Shown here one piece after another: positions 59,083-64,000 of a stretch of 64,000 bases of DNA (positions are counted from its first letter, which is position 1; each line of letters begins with the position of its first letter). The position numbers and the translations under genes are program-made. This DNA is from an uncultured delta proteobacterium (lineage in GTDB: Bacteria > Desulfobacterota > Binatia > UBA9968), in the NCBI GenBank assembly GCA_963760795.1, contig CAVXEP010000031.1, forward strand, positions 1-64,000, written 5' to 3'. The notes under the pieces are model-generated. The model saw only the letters and a list, made by a program, of their open reading frames with translations. It made no database searches and was not told the DNA's origin.

Positions 59083-59838
59083 ATGGCTAAAAACCTTCCC
59101 AACTACTACATTATTCTTCGAGTTCAGCACAACGCATCGGTGGATACGATCAAAGCGAGTTATCGCACGCTAATGGTGACGATGAAGATGCACCCGGATC
59201 TGGGCGGCGATCACGAAGTCGCGGCACAGATCAACGAAGCCTACGCGGTGCTCAAGGATGTGGCGAAACGGGCTAAATACGACCGCATGTATTTGCTGCA
59301 ACGGCTTCAGGCGGCACAGATGGCCGCACGCGAGCGGGAGCAAAGAACCGCAAACGCCGCCCGCCCGACTGCCGGATCGGCAAGACGGGAGAATCCTGCG
59401 CCGCATGACGGTGATCGGAAAGCCGGTCATTGTCCTTTCTGCGATTCCGTGCTGCCCAATCGGATCACATCGGCGAGCCGCTGTGAGCGCTGCCGAAGCC
59501 CATTATTTACGCCGCCAAAGGCGGGATCGTTCGGTCGTGAAATTTTTGGCCGGCGTGGCACACCGCGCATACCGAAGAGCCACTTCGCCACTGTCCACCC
59601 GAAGGGGCAGGCGCAAGCCATGACCGTCAAGATGCGCGACCTATCTTTGACCGGGATAAGTTTTTACTCGGAAATCGCCCTTGAGCGTGAACAGATTTTT
59701 AAGTTTCGCGATGCGTCCCTGGAAGCCCTCGCTGTGGTGGTGTCGAGCGGCAAGCGCGGCCAGTGGTATTCAGTACACGCGAGACTGCTAACGGTTTCCT
59801 TTCACCAGGTTGGTGTCTTTGTGTCGGCCAGTCGATAG
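59083..59838 (+). CDS. J-domain protein with Zn-ribbon and PilZ-like domain
   Basis: NYY..L, HPD, INEAY.VL; CPFC...CERC; RRGTPR and DLSLTG. Confidence 0.8.
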   Translation: MAKNLPNYYIILRVQHNASVDTIKASYRTLMVTMKMHPDLGGDHEVAAQINEAYAVLKDVAKRAKYDRMYLLQRLQAAQMAAREREQRTANAARPTAGSARRENPAPHDGDRKAGHCPFCDSVLPNRITSASRCERCRSPLFTPPKAGSFGREIFGRRGTPRIPKSHFATVHPKGQAQAMTVKMRDLSLTGISFYSEIALEREQIFKFRDASLEALAVVVSSGKRGQWYSVHARLLTVSFHQVGVFVSASR

Positions 59839-59885
59839 AGTTCAGCGCCAATAGTTCAATGAAAAATTCGCCGCGTTGATCGAGT

Positions 59886-59978
59886 GAATCTCCCCCTTTT
59901 GAAAAAGGGGCAAGGGGAATTTTCTCGAGGGTACAATCCCAAATCCCCTTAGTCCGCCTTTTTTCAAAGGGGAGATTC
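59886..59978. repeat. Paired CCCCTTT..AAAGGGG palindromic repeat between convergent genes
   Basis: gaatctcccccttttgaaaaagggg...aaatccccttagtccgccttttttcaaaggggagattc. Confidence 0.8.
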
Positions 59979-60012
59979 CCAACATTTTACTAAACGTGGC
60001 TCAGAATTCTGG

Positions 60013-60690
60013 CTATGCACAAAGCTCAGCTAGTCGGGCCAGCCCCACTTCTTCGAGACTTTTCACGATCAGATTAGCCTCTCCGAGCAGTTCAGCTGCA
60101 TGGGAGTTGGTGACCGCCAGACACTTCATGCCGGCGCTACGGGCGCCTTTGATGCCTTCTTTGGAATCTTCGATGACGACGCATTCACTGGCTTGGATGG
60201 TGTCACTGTCCTGCGCATTCAACGCTGCCAGCGCTTGCAAAAAAATATCCGGTTCCGGCTTGCCCCGTTCGACGTCCTCGGCGCTGACGACGGCTTTGAA
60301 GTGATGGATTAAGTTTGCGGCAGTGAGGATGGTTTCGATCTCGTTGCGCAGGGCACCGGATGCCACGGCCAGCGGCAGACTTTGCGCCAAATCGGCGACC
60401 AGTTTCTTGACGCCAGGAAAGATCGCCACATGATTGCGGATCGCTTCCTGGTAGTAGACGGCTTTGCGCGCGATTAATTCCGCCAGCTTCTCTTGGCTCA
60501 AGGGCCGGTTGTGCTCGCGATAACCGAAGCTGAAGGCGCCACGGTCGTCGAAGCCCAGATAGCGGGCATAGTAGGCGTCATTAGTTAACTCAATGCCTTC
60601 TTCGGCAAGAACCTTTTGGAACAGTTCGAAGTGAATCGGCTCGTCGTCGACGATGATGCCATTGAAATCGAAAATGACCGCGCGCAGCAT
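60013..60690 (-). CDS. HAD family phosphatase (subfamily IA)
   Basis: FDFNG, VASG, GKPEPD, IEDS. Confidence 0.9.
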   Translation of the reverse strand: MLRAVIFDFNGIIVDDEPIHFELFQKVLAEEGIELTNDAYYARYLGFDDRGAFSFGYREHNRPLSQEKLAELIARKAVYYQEAIRNHVAIFPGVKKLVADLAQSLPLAVASGALRNEIETILTAANLIHHFKAVVSAEDVERGKPEPDIFLQALAALNAQDSDTIQASECVVIEDSKEGIKGARSAGMKCLAVTNSHAAELLGEANLIVKSLEEVGLARLAELCA

Positions 60691-60749
60691 GCCGTTAACT
60701 TACAGGATTCGTCTTTTGTTTCAACGCGATCTGCGCTAGATAGGAATCC

Positions 60750-61301
60750 ATGGCAGCAGATCATCATGAGGCGCACCACGCCGGCCATGGGCATGGCCAT
60801 ATCGAGTACCGGTTTTGTCCGAAGTGTGGCGGTGGGTTGGATAAGAAGATAGTCAAAGCGAGCGAGCCGAGACGGTTGGTTTGCCAAGCCTGTGCATTTA
60901 TTTTCTACCAGGATCCCAAAGTCGTCGCCGGCACGGTGTTCACGCTGAACGGCGGCATTGTCCTGCTCAAGCGTGGCGTCGAGCCGGCGCTGGGCAAGTG
61001 GGTGTTTCCCGGCGGTTACGTCGACCGCGGCGAGAGCGTGCAAGACGCGGCGGTGCGTGAGACCAAGGAAGAATGCTTGCTCGACGTCAAGCTCGGGCCG
61101 CTGCTTAATGTTTACTCCTATCCGCGGTCGCCCAATGTCATCGTCGTCTACACGGCGGAAGTGGTCGGCGGCACGCTGACGGCCGCCGATGAGTCGACCG
61201 ATGCCGCAATCTTTGCGCCCAAAGAAATGCCCTGGCATGAGCTCGCCTTCGACAGCACCAGGGACGCGCTTAACGACTACATTCGCGCTTATCTAAAGTA
61301 G
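60750..61301 (+). CDS. NUDIX hydrolase with N-terminal Zn-ribbon
   Basis: FCPKCG...C..C; GGYVDRGES...AVRETKEE Nudix box; His-rich start. Confidence 0.9.
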   Translation: MAADHHEAHHAGHGHGHIEYRFCPKCGGGLDKKIVKASEPRRLVCQACAFIFYQDPKVVAGTVFTLNGGIVLLKRGVEPALGKWVFPGGYVDRGESVQDAAVRETKEECLLDVKLGPLLNVYSYPRSPNVIVVYTAEVVGGTLTAADESTDAAIFAPKEMPWHELAFDSTRDALNDYIRAYLK

Positions 61302-61327
61302 CGGATCGTTTGAAAGTTTCTGAGGCT

Positions 61328-61354
61328 CTGGATGCCGGCCTGCGCCGGCATGAC
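61328..61354. repeat. REP-like palindrome (GTCATGCCGG class)
   Basis: ctggatgccggcctgcgccggcatgac. Confidence 0.8.
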
Positions 61355-61410
61355 GGATTTGGGTTGATACATCACTGACATTTGGGTCAGTGGATTTGCT
61401 CGCCAAACAA

Positions 61411-61446
61411 CAAAAGGCCCGCGAGCTTGAATCAAGCTGCGGGCCT
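61411..61446 (-). terminator. Intrinsic terminator after the ferredoxin gene
   Basis: Minus strand aggcccgcagcttgattcaagctcgcgggccttttg: hairpin plus U-tract. Confidence 0.7.
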
Positions 61447-61468
61447 CACTGCTTTATTGCGGATCAGG

Positions 61469-61777
61469 CTAACCTAAATCGACCAGTACGTCATCGCCTT
61501 CGACTTGGACGTCATACTTTTCCGTGGGCAGGGCCGGTATCAATTCGTTTTCGCCGGTGGTGACGTTGTAGCGCCAGCCATGCCAGGGACAGATCACGGT
61601 GGTACCATCCAGCTCACCTTCGGCGAGCGGGCCGCCGCGGTGGCCGCAGACATCGTTGATCGCGTAGAACTTGCCGTCGACATTGAACACACCCACGGCT
61701 TTGCCGTCGATCTCTAAGCTTTTGCCGCAACCGCCTTTGACTTCATCGGTTTTGCAGACTTTTACGAAATTGGCCAT
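61469..61777 (-). CDS. Rieske 2Fe-2S ferredoxin
   Basis: CGH and CPWHG motifs. Confidence 0.93.
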   Translation of the reverse strand: MANFVKVCKTDEVKGGCGKSLEIDGKAVGVFNVDGKFYAINDVCGHRGGPLAEGELDGTTVICPWHGWRYNVTTGENELIPALPTEKYDVQVEGDDVLVDLG

Positions 61778-61840
61778 TGCCGAAGTTCCTTTCTGAGCTG
61801 GAGCAAATTTCCGCCTAATATACGGAGTTGAGACATGGAT

Positions 61841-62932
61841 TCAAGGGCCGGGGTATGCGGCGGGGACGATCGGTCTTGTGGTTAGGGTCGCGGCGAATTC
61901 ACTGCCGCCATGGCTTACGGTCAACTTGGTGCCCGGCGTCCAGCAGTCTTTGTTGACGTAAGCCCAAGGCAATTGGCCGGTGCAGTGCGAAGGAGACGAC
62001 GGAGCTGGTGATCTGGCCGACCTCTTTGTTGCCGGCGCTGATCTTGTCGCCAGGGCTTGCCGGCGTGTCACCATCGAGCAAGAGCCCGCAGAGTTTCTTG
62101 TTGACATGGCCGCGCGAGCGGATGCGCTCGACCACTTCCTGGCCCAAATAACAGCCCTTGGTGAAACTCACGGCGTCATCCAAGGCAACTTCAAGTAGCA
62201 GATTATCTTCGGAGAAATCAATACCGTACCGAGGAATACCGGCTTCGATGCGCAAGATATTCTGTGCCTGTTCGCCGACCCAGGCGGCGCCCAGTTCGGT
62301 TAACCGTTGAGCAAAGCCCGCGAGCTGAGAAGTTTGCACGATCAGATCGAAGCCGTCATGGCCCGTACGATCGGCGCGCACGACGCAGACCGGAGTGGCG
62401 TCGAATTGCACCATGCCATGGTGATTAGGTTGCAGCCGGCAGCTCGGCGTTGGCAAACAGCTTGGTCAAGCATCACTTGCGCCCGTGGCCCCTGCAGCGA
62501 CAGCATTTTCCATTGCTCATTGGGATCGTGGATCTCCACGTCGTCGGCGACTAGATAGCGATTGAGATGGGTGAGAATCTTTTCTTTCAGCGGCTCCCAA
62601 AAGTCCAGGTAGAAAGAGTTCAGCGAACACAACACGCGCAGGTCGGCGACCACCTTGCCTTGTTGGGTAAGAATCGTGGCCTGCTGGCCGTCGAACATTT
62701 TTAGCGGTCGCAGATCGTTGGATAGCATGCCTTGCAGATAAGGCAGCCGGTCCTCGCCGGTGAATTGCAGCATGGCGCGATTGGCTAGGTCGAACAGGCC
62801 GGCGGATTCACGAACCGATTTGTATTCGCTCGCCGGATCGCCGAAATGGTCGGGCAATCGCCAGCCATCCCGTTCGATGAAAGTCGCCCCCTGGCGTTCG
62901 TGCAAATCCGCTAGTGTCGATCGCTTTGCCAT
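61841..62932 (-). CDS. ygfZ: YgfZ/GcvT family folate-binding protein, frameshifted
   Basis: KGCYLGQE signature, LSLQGP, DRTG.DGF, LRIEAG; spread over three frames. Confidence 0.82.
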
Positions 62933-63051
62933 AGCTGGGAAAATATACCGTCATGCGTTGCCATTGACAATGCCAATGGCCGCTTCTCGATCATTGATAG
63001 ATAGTTCACCGGTGTGATAGACAGATAATATCTTAAGATGGAGGTGTCTTC

Positions 63052-63520
63052 ATGGCAGGACTTGAAGGGCAAAAAGCGCCGGCGTTCACCTTGGCGGGGA
63101 GCGACGGCAAACAACATTCGCTAGCTGAGTACGCTGGCAAAAACGTCATTCTGTGGTTTTATCCGAAAGACGATACACCTGGCTGAACCAAAGAAGCGTG
63201 CGGGTTCCGCGACGCTATCGATACCGTTACGCAAAGCCAATACCGTGGTTGTGGGTGTCAGCCCGGATGGCATCGATTCGCATAATCAGTTCATTAGCAA
63301 GTTTAACCTGCCGTTTATGCTGCTCGCCGACCAGCAGAAAGATACCATGAAGGCCTATGGCGCCTGGGGACCGCGCAAAAATGCCGCGGGCGAAGTCTCG
63401 GAAGGGACGATTCGCTCGACCGCTTTGATCGGCCCCGATGGCACGGTAAAGAAGCATTGGATTCCTGTCACTGATCCCGGCGCGCATCCGGCTGAAGTTT
63501 TGGAATTCCTCGGTAAGTAA
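63052..63520 (+). CDS. bcp: Selenocysteine-containing peroxiredoxin (BCP/PrxQ); TGA at 63184; +1 frameshift near 63224
   Basis: GGAGGT RBS; MAGLEGQKAPAFTL...LWFYPKDDTPG-TGA-TKEACGFRD; C-terminal half VVGVSPD...RST.LI in the next frame. Confidence 0.9.
63195..63216 (+). promoter_or_regulatory. Putative bacterial SECIS hairpin
   Basis: AGCGT-GCGG-GTT-CCGC-G-ACGCT; G-starting apical loop 17 nt after the UGA. Confidence 0.65.
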
Positions 63521-63536
63521 GTAATCGAAAACCGTA

Positions 63537-63582
63537 GCTGAGGGAGCGCTGCCGATTTTTCATGATGGCGCGCTCCCTCAGC
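63537..63582. repeat. Intergenic 13-bp inverted repeat (terminator or REP-like)
   Basis: GCTGAGGGAGCGC ... GCGCTCCCTCAGC. Confidence 0.7.
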
Positions 63583-63602
63583 GGCGAACCTCTCGGCATT
63601 CC

Positions 63603-64000
63603 ATGGCGAAAATCAAAGCCGACCTCGATCTCCACAAATTAGAAATTTTCTACTGGGTCGCTGAACATAAGAGTTTTTCTCAGGCTGCCGAGCTGCTCTC
63701 ACTGCGCCAGCCCACTATCAGCGCGCATGTCCAAGAGCTCGAAAAAGCGGTTGGCGGCAAACTGCTCTACCGCATGCCGGGCAAGATCAGTCTGACGCCA
63801 TTGGGCCTCATGCTCGCCGAACGGGCGAAGAATCTGCTCGCCTTCAAACGCGAAACCGTTGCCGCTGTGGAGCAGTTTCACGGCACCCTCAGCGGCGAGC
63901 TTTGGGTCGGCGGCAGCAGTGTTCCCGGCGAATATCTCCTGCCGCAAAAGCTCGGCGAGTTCACCAAAAAATTCCCCCAGGTAAAACCGATCCTGCGCAT
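63603..64000 (+). CDS. LysR family regulator (CysL-like), 3'-truncated by window edge
   Basis: LEIFYWVAEHKSFSQAAELL...QPTIS.HVQELE HTH; GGSSVPGEYLLP. Confidence 0.9.
   Translation, partial: MAKIKADLDLHKLEIFYWVAEHKSFSQAAELLSLRQPTISAHVQELEKAVGGKLLYRMPGKISLTPLGLMLAERAKNLLAFKRETVAAVEQFHGTLSGELWVGGSSVPGEYLLPQKLGEFTKKFPQVKPILR

Overview
GC-rich bacterial chromosomal window with about 70 genes. Gene content (a dozen ABC/TTT solute-binding proteins, two UbiD decarboxylases, two amidohydrolases, two heme-oxygenase-like diiron proteins, a Mo-hydroxylase, SDRs) resembles Candidatus Binatia-type genomes; this taxonomy is inference only. Housekeeping genes include ychF, thiI, a cyclophilin and a YgfZ/GcvT-family gene. 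No tRNA, rRNA, CRISPR array, transposase or integrase was recognised. Highlights: (1) a BCP peroxiredoxin missed by the ORF track whose peroxidatic Cys codon is an in-frame TGA followed by a SECIS-like hairpin (selenoprotein), next to a CysL-type LysR regulator; (2) two four-helix-bundle (23S rRNA IVP-like) genes, each bracketed by its own inverted short-repeat arrays, plus many empty repeat cassettes of several classes in intergenic gaps, suggesting a poorly described family of intervening elements; (3) a membrane ORF ending in the RAPP ribosome-arrest motif; (4) a Cys-rich/caspase-like His-Cys protein and a J-domain/Zn-ribbon/PilZ fusion; (5) two catabolic clusters built around diiron HDO enzymes. 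About nine genes in two blocks (24.5-33 kb, 56.7-63.5 kb) are frameshifted, mostly by +1 insertions, most likely sequencing/assembly errors. All protein calls come from motif recognition by eye, with no database search.
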